64,000 nucleotides of DNA from Candidatus Bathyarchaeum tardum (GTDB lineage Archaea; Thermoproteota; Bathyarchaeia; Bathyarchaeales; Bathyarchaeaceae). The DNA is taken from NCBI GenBank assembly GCA_024650005.2, contig CP122380.1:1216001-1280000 (forward strand), in the 5' to 3' direction. Position 1 is the first letter of the stretch. Every line of letters begins with the position of its first letter. The notes beneath the pieces were generated by a model, which did not search any database, was not told where the DNA came from, and saw only the letters and a program-made list of their open reading frames with translations. A program made the translations under genes and the position numbers. Of the stretch, positions 17,680 through 28,144 are shown piece after piece.

Positions 17680-18852
17680 TTGAGTAAACTGAACACTATT
17701 GAAGTCAAAGACTTGACCAAAGTTTTCGATAAAGGTGTCAAAGCAGTAAATGGCATCACTTTCACAGTAAACAAGGGTGAAATATTGGGATTTTTAGGTC
17801 CAAACGGAGCAGGAAAAACTACTACACTTAACATGTTATCTACTTTATTGAAACCAACTAGTGGAACCGCAAGAATAAATGGCAAAGATGTTCAAAAAGA
17901 GGCAGATGCAGTACGACGAAGTATTGGATATGTATTCCAAGATACAACATTAGATATTGAATTAACCGGCAGAGAAAATTTAGATTTCCATGGACGACTT
18001 TATGGACTTGATAAGATTACACGTGAAGATAGAATTACTGAAGTTTTGGAACTAGTCAAATTATCCGACCGTGCAGATAGTTTAGTAAAAACATACAGTG
18101 GTGGAATGAAAAGAAGGCTAGAAATCGCCAGGGGTTTACTTCATCATCCTGAGGTGTTGTTTTTAGATGAACCAACTTTAGGTTTAGATCCTCAAACACG
18201 GAGGTCTATTTGGGAACATATTTTGCGGCTTAACGAAGAAAAGAAAATAACAGTTATCTTAACAACCCATTATACTGAAGAAGCAGATTTTCTTTGCAAT
18301 CAAATACTCATAATTGATTTTGGAAAAGTTGTAGTATTAGACACCCCAGATAATTTAAAAGCCACGTTAAAAGGAGATGTTGTCAGTTTAACCGTTAAAG
18401 ACACAAACACAATCGATAAACTTCGGGTCCAGTTAGAAAATAAAGAATGGGTCCATAAAATCAACATTATTGCTTCAGGAAATAATTATGCAGCAATGAG
18501 CCGTATGATGCACACGAATTCTGACAATCCAAATGAAACGAAATTTCAAAACGAATCTGAAGAGGATAAAACTAACCAACGTGAGAAAAATCTTCAATTT
18601 GATGGAGAAACTTGTCCCCGTTGTTTGAATTTGTTACTTGATAATGGGGGACATAGAATTCCCGAAATAGTAAAACTTGCAGTAGACATGGAGATTATTT
18701 TAGAATCTGTAGAACTTCGCAAGCCAACTTTAGATGATGTCTTTTTGTCTGTAACTGGACGGAACATACGTGAACAAGAAGGTAGTCTCATGGATATGCT
18801 AAGGCGACACAGAATAATGAGACAAGCGCGGGGAAAACCTGTTAGAGGATAA
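17680..18852 (+). CDS. ABC-2 exporter ATP-binding protein (DrrA-like)
   Basis: Walker A GPNGAGKT, signature YSGGMKRRLE, Walker B LFLDEPT, C-terminal PTLDDVF. Confidence 0.93.
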   Translation: MSKLNTIEVKDLTKVFDKGVKAVNGITFTVNKGEILGFLGPNGAGKTTTLNMLSTLLKPTSGTARINGKDVQKEADAVRRSIGYVFQDTTLDIELTGRENLDFHGRLYGLDKITREDRITEVLELVKLSDRADSLVKTYSGGMKRRLEIARGLLHHPEVLFLDEPTLGLDPQTRRSIWEHILRLNEEKKITVILTTHYTEEADFLCNQILIIDFGKVVVLDTPDNLKATLKGDVVSLTVKDTNTIDKLRVQLENKEWVHKINIIASGNNYAAMSRMMHTNSDNPNETKFQNESEEDKTNQREKNLQFDGETCPRCLNLLLDNGGHRIPEIVKLAVDMEIILESVELRKPTLDDVFLSVTGRNIREQEGSLMDMLRRHRIMRQARGKPVRG

Positions 18853-18862
18853 AAGAAACAAG

Positions 18863-19660
18863 GTGGAAAAACTGGTACAACCAATATCTGGACAAGCAAT
18901 ATATGTTGTTTTATTGAGAGAACTAAAAAGGTACTGGCGAGCAAAAGCCCGAGTAATTTCATCTGTTGCTCAAAGCATATTCTTTTTAGCTATTTTCGGT
19001 TTAGGGTTAGGAAATTTTGTTGGTCCAGTTGGAGAAGTAAACTACCTTTCGTTCATGGCACCGGGAGTAATCGGCATGGGTTTATTGTTTGGCTCTGTTT
19101 TTTCGGGGGTTTCAATAATATTTGACCGCCAATTTGGTTTCATGAAAGAAATGATGGTTGCACCAGTAAGCAGAACCAGCATAATTATTGGAAAAATATT
19201 AGGGGGCGCAACTACAGCAACAATTCAAGGCATAATTCTATTAATAATCGCATCATTAATGGGAGCTTTTACCCTTTCATTAGCTTTTGTAGGTAATGCT
19301 TTTGTCACCATTTGGGCAATGCTTCTAATTACAGCAGGATTTGTTGGTCTAGGAGTAGCAATTGGCTCATCTTTGAATGATTTTCATGCATTTCAACTAC
19401 TTTCAACTTTTGTAATGTGGCCATTATTCATGCTTTCAGGAGTATTTTTCCCGATCGATGCAGCTCCATTTATACTTCAAGTTGCCATGTTAGCAGACCC
19501 AATGTTTTATGGAGTCGAACTACTTCGATGGTGTTTACTTGGTTCAGCATCAACAATACTTGGACCGCTAGGTTGGTTAATCAGTCTAGTAGTTGTTATC
19601 GGTTTTAACTCGTTGATGATAAGTTTAGGAACTTTCTTGTTCTCACGGACCCAAATTTAA
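18863..19660 (+). CDS. ABC-2 type permease
   Basis: Six TMs; DRQFGFMKEMMVAPVSR and LSGVFFP motifs. Confidence 0.92.
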   Translation: MEKLVQPISGQAIYVVLLRELKRYWRAKARVISSVAQSIFFLAIFGLGLGNFVGPVGEVNYLSFMAPGVIGMGLLFGSVFSGVSIIFDRQFGFMKEMMVAPVSRTSIIIGKILGGATTATIQGIILLIIASLMGAFTLSLAFVGNAFVTIWAMLLITAGFVGLGVAIGSSLNDFHAFQLLSTFVMWPLFMLSGVFFPIDAAPFILQVAMLADPMFYGVELLRWCLLGSASTILGPLGWLISLVVVIGFNSLMISLGTFLFSRTQI

Positions 19661-19727
19661 TTTTAGCAATCAACGCCTTTTTATTGTATCAACACCAATC
19701 CTGTCAGTATTAAAAGAAGGCGAAACA

Positions 19728-20240
19728 ATGACAATCATCATAGACGATGCAGGAATGGGAGACCTACTATTTGGAGTAGTTATTGCAGCTTTTCAAGATT
19801 CAACACAAGAATTCCGATATGGCGTTATTGATGTAAAATATTTTCAGGGCAAATATTTCACTAGCAAAACATACCTAAAACAAGCAGCGAAAATTGTAGA
19901 TAAATTACTAACTGAAATTAAACTAAACTCTGATGAAGAAATTCACTTGTGCAGAGGCTACATTTTTGATGAAGCAATCAACAAACTAAAGCAAAAATAT
20001 GGAGAAGACAAAATCAAACGAATTAAAGTAGTTGGAGACACCCAAGACCTTGCTGAAACGGCTTATCTTGATGAAATTAGAAATCTCGGTTACGAACCAA
20101 TCGAAGAACGGGAAACAAAGCGTGCGAAAAGCTTTTTTCATATGATGGATTGGCTAAAAAAGAACCCGAATATGAAAAAATACGCCAAAACAGGATGGCC
20201 ACGCCTGCAAAGATACAAATTCTTTAAGATAAACAAATAA
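19728..20240 (+). CDS. Hypothetical protein with RNase H(II)-like N-terminal motif
   Basis: IIIDDAGMGDLLFGVVI resembles the RNase HII GVDEAGRG..GPLVV start. Confidence 0.6.
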   Translation: MTIIIDDAGMGDLLFGVVIAAFQDSTQEFRYGVIDVKYFQGKYFTSKTYLKQAAKIVDKLLTEIKLNSDEEIHLCRGYIFDEAINKLKQKYGEDKIKRIKVVGDTQDLAETAYLDEIRNLGYEPIEERETKRAKSFFHMMDWLKKNPNMKKYAKTGWPRLQRYKFFKINK

Positions 20241-20416
20241 AAATTTATGACCTTACTTTTAATTACTATTAAATCCACGCTTGCCAGTAGATGTATGCAT
20301 ACTAGCATTCATAGCAATTGCAAACTCTGAATTTAAAAAATGAAAACATTTCCTACAACTTTAGACAATTATATGTTTCATATCTGCATGATTCAAAATA
20401 AAAATAAAAAGAGAAA

Positions 20417-20432
20417 ACCTGCTAAAGCAGGA
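20417..20432. terminator. Short hairpin downstream of fno
   Basis: CCTGC-TAAA-GCAGG followed by T-runs on the minus strand. Confidence 0.4.
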
Positions 20433-20458
20433 TTAATTTTACTTGTTCCAGATCACAG

Positions 20459-21223
20459 TTAAATAGTAACTCTGAAGGAAGTTTGTTTTGTTTTATGTCG
20501 AATGTTGATTGTAATCAGCACTGCTGTCATTAACTCTAAACTCACTGAGCACAATAATGGACCAACTTCGATTCCTCTTAGGTGCCTAATAGAGTTAGTT
20601 AATTCAATTATTTTTGTCAGGGCTTCTTTGTCGTCAGAGGCAATAAAAACGTCTACACCATCAAGAGGTCGTTCGATATGTATTAAGCGGTGAGCACTGA
20701 TTGTTTTGTATGCGGCAACAACAGGTATGTTTTCTGGGACTATTGCGGCGAGGTGCTTGCTACCTGAACCTTCAGGGAATGTTTCACAAACAAAAGTCTT
20801 TCCAATTCGTTTCAAGGGAACAGTTACATCAACTAGGATTGTTCCCGGGTTCATGTTAGGCAGAAGCTGTTCAAGAGTACTTTTTGCATACTCAAACGGA
20901 ACAGTCAAAAGTACTGCATCAACATCTTTTACTGCATCCTCGTTTTGCATTCCAACAATGTTCTTTTTTGCCAGTTCTAATTCAGCAGCGGTTGTGAATT
21001 CTTTTTTTTCGACCCAGTCCATTTTGTTTTCTGGAAACAAAAGTTCCAAAGCTTTTGCTACTTTGTCTATGTTTGTATTTAATTCATCGATGATTCTTTG
21101 AGCTTTTTCAAGGCTACGAGAACCAACTTTAATTTCGTGGCCAGCCATAGCTAATCGAAGAGCCAAACCCTGACCTTGATTACCGGTTCCACCAATAAGT
21201 CCAATCTTCATACTTTTCGCCAC
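20459..21223 (-). CDS. fno: F420-dependent NADP oxidoreductase
   Basis: IGGTGNQGQGLALRLA, GSRS, DVTVPL and KTISAH motifs of NpdG/Fno. Confidence 0.85.
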   Translation of the reverse strand: MAKSMKIGLIGGTGNQGQGLALRLAMAGHEIKVGSRSLEKAQRIIDELNTNIDKVAKALELLFPENKMDWVEKKEFTTAAELELAKKNIVGMQNEDAVKDVDAVLLTVPFEYAKSTLEQLLPNMNPGTILVDVTVPLKRIGKTFVCETFPEGSGSKHLAAIVPENIPVVAAYKTISAHRLIHIERPLDGVDVFIASDDKEALTKIIELTNSIRHLRGIEVGPLLCSVSLELMTAVLITINIRHKTKQTSFRVTI

Positions 21224-21302
21224 GCTAACTCAATCTAATCGGAATAAATAAATTTAGCGTAAAAAGAAAATTAAAAATACATGTAAAAACTTAAAACTAT
21301 AA

Positions 21303-21369
21303 TGTGATATGTAGCAGGATGATAACTCCTTTCTCTCTCTGGAATTTTTCAATCTTGCTACATATCATA
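21303..21369 (+). ncRNA. Candidate small hairpin RNA with CU-rich loop
   Basis: 18-bp stem TGTGATATGTAGCAGGAT/ATCTTGCTACATATCATA with two G-U pairs on the + strand, enclosing CTCCTTTCTCTCTCT. Confidence 0.4.
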
Positions 21370-21468
21370 CCTAATTATTTTTCAAAAAAGACTTAAGCAT
21401 TCTGAAACAATGTTATAGAGCTAACTTCTAGGCATTTAGCAAAAAACCGGTAAAAAACAGAAAATGGT

Positions 21469-22782
21469 TTAATCTAAAAAGATTTTAACTGAACTCCCCG
21501 TAACAGTTGACAATAAGCTTTCAAGCTCTTTTTTTTGTTCATCCGCTCTTTTTTTTGCTTCTTCATGTTCTTTAGATAATCTATCGTTTTTAGCTTCCAG
21601 TAAACTTTTTTTAATTTCAAGACTTTTCAAAGAATCTTGTAATTCTGCTTTTTCATCTTTGCATTCATTTAATGCACCTGAAGAGAGCAATTCACGTTTT
21701 TTATCAAAAAATTGGGTGCAGTCACGTTGAAGTGACAATAAAACATCCTTTTGAACAATTCTTACAATTTGTTCTTTTGCTTTTCGTAACCTGCTTGGTT
21801 TAAGTTTCATTTTTTTGTTATTCAGTGCAGTATCAATTTTTTGCAGAATAGACTTCAACAAAGGATATCCTACTTTTTCAGTTGCCAAGGCTTCAAATGG
21901 ATTGTTCTGGTATTCAGCTAGTTTGCTGTTTGCATCAGGAGCAAGACTGTAACCAGGGTTGATCACTAAAGTTTGAAACTTTAAAAGAGATTTTTCCAGA
22001 TGCCGAAGCTCATATTTCACAGCTCCAGTCAATTCATTAATTTTAGAATTCAACTGTGCAAGGTCAAATAGTTCACTTTGATTTTGCAAAGCTTTCAATT
22101 TTTGTTGATTTTCTTTAATTTGCTTTTCAAGTTTTTCATGTTCGTCTGTTCTAGATTTTTCTGATGCATTATATTTTTTAAGTTCTTCCAAGACCTGTTG
22201 GAGTTCCACAATTTTTTGAGGAACACTTTCAATTTGTACCGCTTTAGAGTAATCATCAGATAAAAAAGCAATTAACGTTTGGTAGGGGTCTTCAGCTTTT
22301 TTGTAAGACGCATCGAATCGCCTGCGGGAAAGAATAAAATATGGGGCAAGAGCTTTAAACCATTTATTTTTTTCTTGATTGATTTTTTCCATGGCTTTAG
22401 TTAGTTTTTCAGATACCTCACCAAGAGTTTGGCTGTTAATTTCATCAGGAATAACAACCTCATCGATTAGATCAGAAAAATTACCCGCAAGTTTAAACAA
22501 AAACTTTGCACGCCGAAACGTTTTTCGGCTTCCGCGTGCCATTTCTTTTTCTGCATCCTGTATAAGTTTTTCAGAAGACTCAAAAAGTTCGTCAAGCCGA
22601 CTTTTGATATCATGGAGCAATTGGTTTGCTTGTCCATTAAGTGATTTAACTGTAGATTCCGTTTCTTTAGTTAACCAGTTGTGGACTTCATTCAGTTTAA
22701 GTTCTTGAATCTTGGAATTCTCCTGTGTTCTTTGTAGAGTAATTTTTAAACAGTGTTTAAAACATTTTGCAAAAAACGCCAA
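21469..22782 (-). CDS. Coiled-coil hypothetical protein
   Basis: 437 aa, K/E/L-rich heptads, no recognisable catalytic motif. Confidence 0.75.
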   Translation of the reverse strand: MAFFAKCFKHCLKITLQRTQENSKIQELKLNEVHNWLTKETESTVKSLNGQANQLLHDIKSRLDELFESSEKLIQDAEKEMARGSRKTFRRAKFLFKLAGNFSDLIDEVVIPDEINSQTLGEVSEKLTKAMEKINQEKNKWFKALAPYFILSRRRFDASYKKAEDPYQTLIAFLSDDYSKAVQIESVPQKIVELQQVLEELKKYNASEKSRTDEHEKLEKQIKENQQKLKALQNQSELFDLAQLNSKINELTGAVKYELRHLEKSLLKFQTLVINPGYSLAPDANSKLAEYQNNPFEALATEKVGYPLLKSILQKIDTALNNKKMKLKPSRLRKAKEQIVRIVQKDVLLSLQRDCTQFFDKKRELLSSGALNECKDEKAELQDSLKSLEIKKSLLEAKNDRLSKEHEEAKKRADEQKKELESLLSTVTGSSVKIFLD

Positions 22783-22854
22783 ACATTACTCAAATATAGG
22801 TAGTTACTCTTAAATTAGTTGATATTGTAGAGTCAAAAACTAGGAGACAACATC

Positions 22855-23496
22855 ATGAACCTTAACAGACCAACCGTAAAACTTGCAGGCGCTGCAATAT
22901 TGGCTCCACTTACAATATTAATGCAAAGCTTACCCCCCATTTTTGTAACCCCTTGGATGTTACGAATAGACCTAGTCGCAATGCCATGGATGATTTGCTG
23001 GATATTATTTGGGATTAAACCAACATTACTATGCGTAGCCATCAGCTCACCACTCATTGGATTTGTTGGTCCAGCAGCAGGGGGACCAGTTGGAGCAATA
23101 ATGAAACCGTTAGCAACGATTTGGATGTTCTTAATTCCTGCCATTTTTGCAGCAAAAATTGGTGGAACAAAAAAACTCTTAGACAATAAACGGCTTTTCC
23201 TGTTCGCGGGAGTATTGGCAATTATAATAAGAGTTGTAGTTACTATTCTTGTCAATTTTTACTTCGCATTACCTGTATTCTACAACATGACACCAGATGT
23301 GATAATTGGCATGTTCTCAAGCACTGATTCTATTAGTTTCTTTGGAAATTCATTAGGACTAATTGGATTAGGAGCCTTCATCGGCGAAGTAGCTTTTTGG
23401 AACATCATACAAGGAATGATTGACATTGTTGCGGCATTTACAATTGGAGTCATACTCTTTAAAAGAATTCCAACATTAACCCCTGAAAATACGTAA
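22855..23496 (+). CDS. ECF transporter S component
   Basis: Multi-TM protein with RIDLVAMP and GPVGAIMK motifs; ends FWNIIQG. Confidence 0.75.
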   Translation: MNLNRPTVKLAGAAILAPLTILMQSLPPIFVTPWMLRIDLVAMPWMICWILFGIKPTLLCVAISSPLIGFVGPAAGGPVGAIMKPLATIWMFLIPAIFAAKIGGTKKLLDNKRLFLFAGVLAIIIRVVVTILVNFYFALPVFYNMTPDVIIGMFSSTDSISFFGNSLGLIGLGAFIGEVAFWNIIQGMIDIVAAFTIGVILFKRIPTLTPENT

Positions 23497-23576
23497 AAAA
23501 GTGTAACACTTACTTTTTTTATTTTTTTCCAAAAGGCTTTAGTGAATAACAGGTATATAGTATTCTAGGTGCTTAT

Positions 23577-24146
23577 GTGAAGTTAACAGTAGCAATAACT
23601 GGAGCAAGTGGAATAATTTACGGCAAGCGGTTACTAGAGGAATTGAGCAAAAACAATGTTGAGACACATCTTGTGATCAGTGAAGCAGCCAAAAAAATAA
23701 TTAAATTTGAACTAGAAGTCTCAGTTGATAATGTGAATGAATTGGCAACTCACGTTCACGAAATTGATGATTGGAGTTCTCCAATCGTTAGCGGTTCATA
23801 CAAAACTAATGGAATGGTAATTGTTCCGTGTAGCATGAAGACATTAGCAGGTATAGCTAATGGATTTGCAGAAAATGCGGTTTTGCGCGCTGCAGACGTA
23901 ATGATTAAAGAAAAAAGAAAACTAGTTCTTGTGCCACGTGAAACTCCCATAAGCAGTATTCACCTAAAAAATATGCTCGAACTATCTCAACAAGGAGTTC
24001 ATATTGTTCCAGCAATGCCTGCGTTTTATCATAAACCAGAAAACATTGATGCATTAGTCGATTTTGTTGTTGGAAGAATTTTAGATGTACTGGGAATTGA
24101 CCATCACTTGTACAAGCGATGGTCAGATATAAAAAAATCCAGTTAA
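23577..24146 (+). CDS. ubiX: Flavin prenyltransferase UbiX
   Basis: AITGASG, SGS, PCSMKTLA, RAADV, RETP and PAFYH motifs. Confidence 0.93.
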   Translation: MKLTVAITGASGIIYGKRLLEELSKNNVETHLVISEAAKKIIKFELEVSVDNVNELATHVHEIDDWSSPIVSGSYKTNGMVIVPCSMKTLAGIANGFAENAVLRAADVMIKEKRKLVLVPRETPISSIHLKNMLELSQQGVHIVPAMPAFYHKPENIDALVDFVVGRILDVLGIDHHLYKRWSDIKKSS

Positions 24147-25114
24147 TCTTGAAGTTTTATTGAACTCTTAAAGACTTCGATGTCAACTTTTCCAGCACGG
24201 AAAGTTTTACCCGTAGCAGCATTGTTTATCACGAAAACTGCAGGAGCAAACAATCCAGGGTCAATCTTGTAGAAGTCATAGTCAGCTTCTTTGAAAATTT
24301 TCATGAAAGGTTGACCATAACCTTTTGATTTTGAAGCTGGAGCTTTTTCTAATAGTTCTTTTAGTGCTTCTTCATCTTCAGCGTTCACTGTGTAGTAAGC
24401 GGTACCAGCATAGATTATTGCGTCGTTTGTTCGTCCCATAGCCTGAGCAGATTTAGGGTGCACAGGTGCTATTGGAGCATAACCGCAACCATGACTAACA
24501 AGTTTAGGGTCAAATCCGAGTTCAGTTAGTTTGTGCAAACCAGTTTCAACGATTCTTCCAGAAATTTGAACAGAACCTGCAATACAACTGGTAGGTACAA
24601 GGACTAAAACCAGATTATTTGGATCTACTTTACATGCATCACAGATTTTGGTTATTGCTTCTTCAGTTGGCTCGGTTGAGGTTTCCAGAACAAGAACAGC
24701 AACATCTGAATTGTCAGTGTAAGCAATTTTTTCGTACAATTCTTTGGGTTTAAGAGATAAGGCTCGGGCAGGTCCAGATCCCATTGCAGTGTACTTATCT
24801 GCTTTGATTTGCCAGCCTGCAAACTGGGAACCTAAAGTTGAAATTGCAGGATAATCGGTATGAACTAGAACAGATGGAATGTCAAGATCATCATAGTTTT
24901 TGTAAACAATTTCGGCCGTTCCTAAGCCACCCAGACAAATTTCCGTAATGACTTTTCCTGCAGCGTAACCGCCTTTTGCTTCGATTCCAGCATCGATCAA
25001 GATAGCGCCTGAAGCAGTTTTTTTTACGACAACACCATATTCGTTGGCGTTGCCACAAAGTTCCATTGCTAGATTATATGCTAGTTGATTAACGCAAAGT
25101 TTTAAGTTTGTCAA
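24143..25114 (-). CDS. mch: Methenyltetrahydromethanopterin cyclohydrolase
   Basis: LGSQFAGW, MGSGPARAL, QISGRIVETG, AMGRTND and FYKIDPGLFAPA motifs. Confidence 0.96.
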   Translation of the reverse strand: MTNLKLCVNQLAYNLAMELCGNANEYGVVVKKTASGAILIDAGIEAKGGYAAGKVITEICLGGLGTAEIVYKNYDDLDIPSVLVHTDYPAISTLGSQFAGWQIKADKYTAMGSGPARALSLKPKELYEKIAYTDNSDVAVLVLETSTEPTEEAITKICDACKVDPNNLVLVLVPTSCIAGSVQISGRIVETGLHKLTELGFDPKLVSHGCGYAPIAPVHPKSAQAMGRTNDAIIYAGTAYYTVNAEDEEALKELLEKAPASKSKGYGQPFMKIFKEADYDFYKIDPGLFAPAVFVINNAATGKTFRAGKVDIEVFKSSIKLQD

Positions 25115-25129
25115 AAGTTTTCACCAAAT

Positions 25130-25942
25130 TTATTCTAGATACTTTTCGTATGAACTTAGTTGTGAATTATTTGGTTGGGAAATGTATAGTTTCCCTTTTC
25201 CGTCAGCGGCCATATCGCCCTCAAAAAGATAAAAGGGACCAATTACCTTTTCGCCCTCAACTTTTACAGATTTTTTGATTTCTTCAATGGAAAATGACGG
25301 CAAAACGTCTTCAGTTTTGCCCATTAGAATAATTTTGCCACCAGTCATGTGTCCGCCTGCACGTCTTGCTGATTCGCCTTGAATCAAGATAGTTCCACCG
25401 TGCATGTGAACACCAGCGAATATGCCAACATTTCCCATTACTTTGATTAATCCACCTTTCATGTTGTTGCCAATTTCATTTCCTGCATTTCCATGAACAA
25501 TAACTGTTCCACCGGTCATGCCTTTATCGCTTCCCCTGTAAGCAGAACCGATGTAATCACCTGTATCACCTTTGATTTCGATTGTTCCACCTTTCATTTG
25601 GGAACCTGCCCATGAACCAGTGTTACCTGTCACTACTATTGAACCACCACGCATCATTTCACCAACGTGCCAACCAATTTCTCCGTCGACAAGTATTTTT
25701 CCTGAGGTCATGTTCATTCCAACGTTTCGCACTTTGCTTGCATCGCCTACAATTTTTATCATGTCTTTTGAGTCTGTATCATCGGAAATTTCGAATAGGT
25801 CAGCAAGGGTTAGTTTTCGGTTTCCTTCCCATGCTTCTAGTTCGCTGACTTCTTTGATTGTTTTTCCTGCAAAAACATCAGGAGTTATACTTCTTCCTTC
25901 AATTGGATATTTTGAAACAAATTTAGGTTTTAAAGTTACCAT
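25130..25942 (-). CDS. fwdC: Formylmethanofuran dehydrogenase subunit C
   Basis: GxxMxGG hexapeptide beta-helix repeats; YRGS..GMTGG. Confidence 0.95.
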   Translation of the reverse strand: MVTLKPKFVSKYPIEGRSITPDVFAGKTIKEVSELEAWEGNRKLTLADLFEISDDTDSKDMIKIVGDASKVRNVGMNMTSGKILVDGEIGWHVGEMMRGGSIVVTGNTGSWAGSQMKGGTIEIKGDTGDYIGSAYRGSDKGMTGGTVIVHGNAGNEIGNNMKGGLIKVMGNVGIFAGVHMHGGTILIQGESARRAGGHMTGGKIILMGKTEDVLPSFSIEEIKKSVKVEGEKVIGPFYLFEGDMAADGKGKLYISQPNNSQLSSYEKYLE

Positions 25943-25944
25943 TT

Positions 25945-27636
25945 TTATACCCCCGCTTTAACTGGTATAGAAATTGGATTATGTACAAATCCGTCCTGAA
26001 TTGGATAGTTTTCGTATTCTACGGTCACGTATTCTTTGAATCTTGCTTGAAGGTCGCCATATGCATCTGCAGGCATTTTGGTTTCAATGTTAAGGTGATG
26101 AACATTACCGAATACCTCTTTGACAACTTTTCCGTCTTTTACTACAATTTCGCCGCCTTTGATTGTGTAAGCTGCTTTCTTCAGAGCTTTTCGGAAAGTC
26201 AAGTATTTCTTGGCGATGTCTACTTGTTCAGGATTAATGTTGTAGATTGCAACATCTGCATCAGCTCCAACCCCGAGATGACCTTTCTGTTTCATTCCAA
26301 GAACCTTTGCAGTCCCTGCACGAGTCATAACAGCTAGTTCATATAATGTGAGTTCACGGTCGATTGTGGGCAACAAGCTTTTTCGTTTTGCTTGTCGGTG
26401 AATTTTCTTTAATACTTTCTCACGTGCATCTTTGCTCATTAACCAAGTAATGACCTTAGGATACAAAGTAAATGGTCCACCATTCGGGTGATCGGTGGTC
26501 ATAAAAATTTTCCAAGGGTCTTTAACTAAAAGAGCCATTTCCAAGCCAATTGACCATTGTAAAGCGTTTACTGGACTGGAGCGTTTATACTTTATTGGAA
26601 CAATACCACCGGCTGTTTCTACTCCAACGTCATGGTTTACCCACTTGTTTCCTGTTACATTGTACAAGCCAAACTGGGCAGGACCATCAGCAGTCATTGT
26701 TGTCGTATCAGTAAATGTTACTTGACCCATATCCATGGTTACGTGATTATGATTGTTCATGTATTTTGAAAGTTCTTCTGCACCAGACTTGAAAGTTGAC
26801 CAGTCTTCACCGCCATAAGCATTAAACTGGACGTGAGTGATGTGCATGATTGGTTTGTCGTATTTAGCCAAGTTTTCTACTGCTTTCATTGTCTCTAAAG
26901 TAACTGCACTGTTTCCAGGCTGACCTAGCCGGTTACAATGAAGATGAATAGAATGAGGCAAATTAAGCAAGGTATTGGCTTTAATTAATCCTCTAACAAT
27001 TTCTCGGGGAGTGATTCCAAAATTTGGAACTTCGTCATCAATTCCTCGTACGTTTCGTCCAAAGCCCCACGATTCTAAGCCTCCGGGATTAACTACTTTG
27101 ATTGCATATGCTTTAGAAGAGTTAAGCATCCATGCAAGGTGAGCCGCGTTTTTTTCAAGTAATCCATCTCGGATGTGTTCTAAACTGAACCACCAGTCAC
27201 CTAATAATGTGAAAATTCCACTATCAAGCATCGGTGTGTCTTTAAGTTCTTCATGAACATGACGTGCTTGAAGGGCAACAGCAGAAGGAGTCATAACGGT
27301 TGTGTATCCCATTCGAGAATAACGATAACCTGTTGTGTAAGTAGTAGGAAGAGAATATCCCACACCTGAATGTGTTATTGCAGTTTTGTATTCATAGTCT
27401 TGGTAGTGATCTTCCGGTCGCAGCATACGAGCGGTGTCTACTTCTCCACCGGCTATGTGGCTATGAAGGTCTACACCTCCAGGCATAACAACCATGCCAG
27501 AAGCGTCAATGACTTCTGCTTTGTCGCTAACAGATTCGACGATTTTGTCATCTCTGATGCAGATGTCCATTTTTTCTCCGTTTATTTTATTCAGGGGGTC
27601 ATAAACTAATCCATTTTTAATTATTAGTTCTTTCAA
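25945..27636 (-). CDS. fwdA: Formylmethanofuran dehydrogenase subunit A
   Basis: Amidohydrolase motifs DLHSHIAG, HLHCN, THVQF, TTDHPNGGPF. Confidence 0.96.
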   Translation of the reverse strand: MKELIIKNGLVYDPLNKINGEKMDICIRDDKIVESVSDKAEVIDASGMVVMPGGVDLHSHIAGGEVDTARMLRPEDHYQDYEYKTAITHSGVGYSLPTTYTTGYRYSRMGYTTVMTPSAVALQARHVHEELKDTPMLDSGIFTLLGDWWFSLEHIRDGLLEKNAAHLAWMLNSSKAYAIKVVNPGGLESWGFGRNVRGIDDEVPNFGITPREIVRGLIKANTLLNLPHSIHLHCNRLGQPGNSAVTLETMKAVENLAKYDKPIMHITHVQFNAYGGEDWSTFKSGAEELSKYMNNHNHVTMDMGQVTFTDTTTMTADGPAQFGLYNVTGNKWVNHDVGVETAGGIVPIKYKRSSPVNALQWSIGLEMALLVKDPWKIFMTTDHPNGGPFTLYPKVITWLMSKDAREKVLKKIHRQAKRKSLLPTIDRELTLYELAVMTRAGTAKVLGMKQKGHLGVGADADVAIYNINPEQVDIAKKYLTFRKALKKAAYTIKGGEIVVKDGKVVKEVFGNVHHLNIETKMPADAYGDLQARFKEYVTVEYENYPIQDGFVHNPISIPVKAGV

Positions 27637-27649
27637 TTTAAATTCCTCC

Positions 27650-28045
27650 TTACTCTGTTCGTAGGTCAGCTAGTACTTCGTCGATAGTGAGAACTTTTTC
27701 AGTCGGTGCAGGTTCAATTTGACCTTCAACCCATTTGATTGAAGGCATACCTGTTCCGTGGGTTCTGTAATCCACAATATAGTTTACCCATGGACCATAA
27801 CTGATAAACACATATTTTGGTCCAGGAAGTTCATCAGTTTGGACAGCGCGCAAAACCACGCTACCGAATTGGGTTGTAAGTTTAACGTTGGTATTTGGTT
27901 CGATGCCAAGAGCTTCCATGTCTTGGGAATGCATTTTTACTTCCGTGACATCTTTGATGTAGACGTCGGAGAGTTTTCCCATCTCTTTGCCTCGACCTTG
28001 AATAATGCTTCGACCACTTTGAATCATAACATCCATTTTAGGCAA
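27650..28045 (-). CDS. fwdD: Formylmethanofuran dehydrogenase subunit D (molybdopterin dinucleotide-binding)
   Basis: SGRSIIQG, YGPWVN and THGTGMPSIK motifs. Confidence 0.9.
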   Translation of the reverse strand: MPKMDVMIQSGRSIIQGRGKEMGKLSDVYIKDVTEVKMHSQDMEALGIEPNTNVKLTTQFGSVVLRAVQTDELPGPKYVFISYGPWVNYIVDYRTHGTGMPSIKWVEGQIEPAPTEKVLTIDEVLADLRTE

Positions 28046-28144
28046 ACATCATCACTTGCAAAAAAGGGAAGTATAACAACCTATTAATGTTACTGGTTTT
28101 TTCCGTTAAAAAACTAGATTAGACCAAATACATATAAAAAACCG

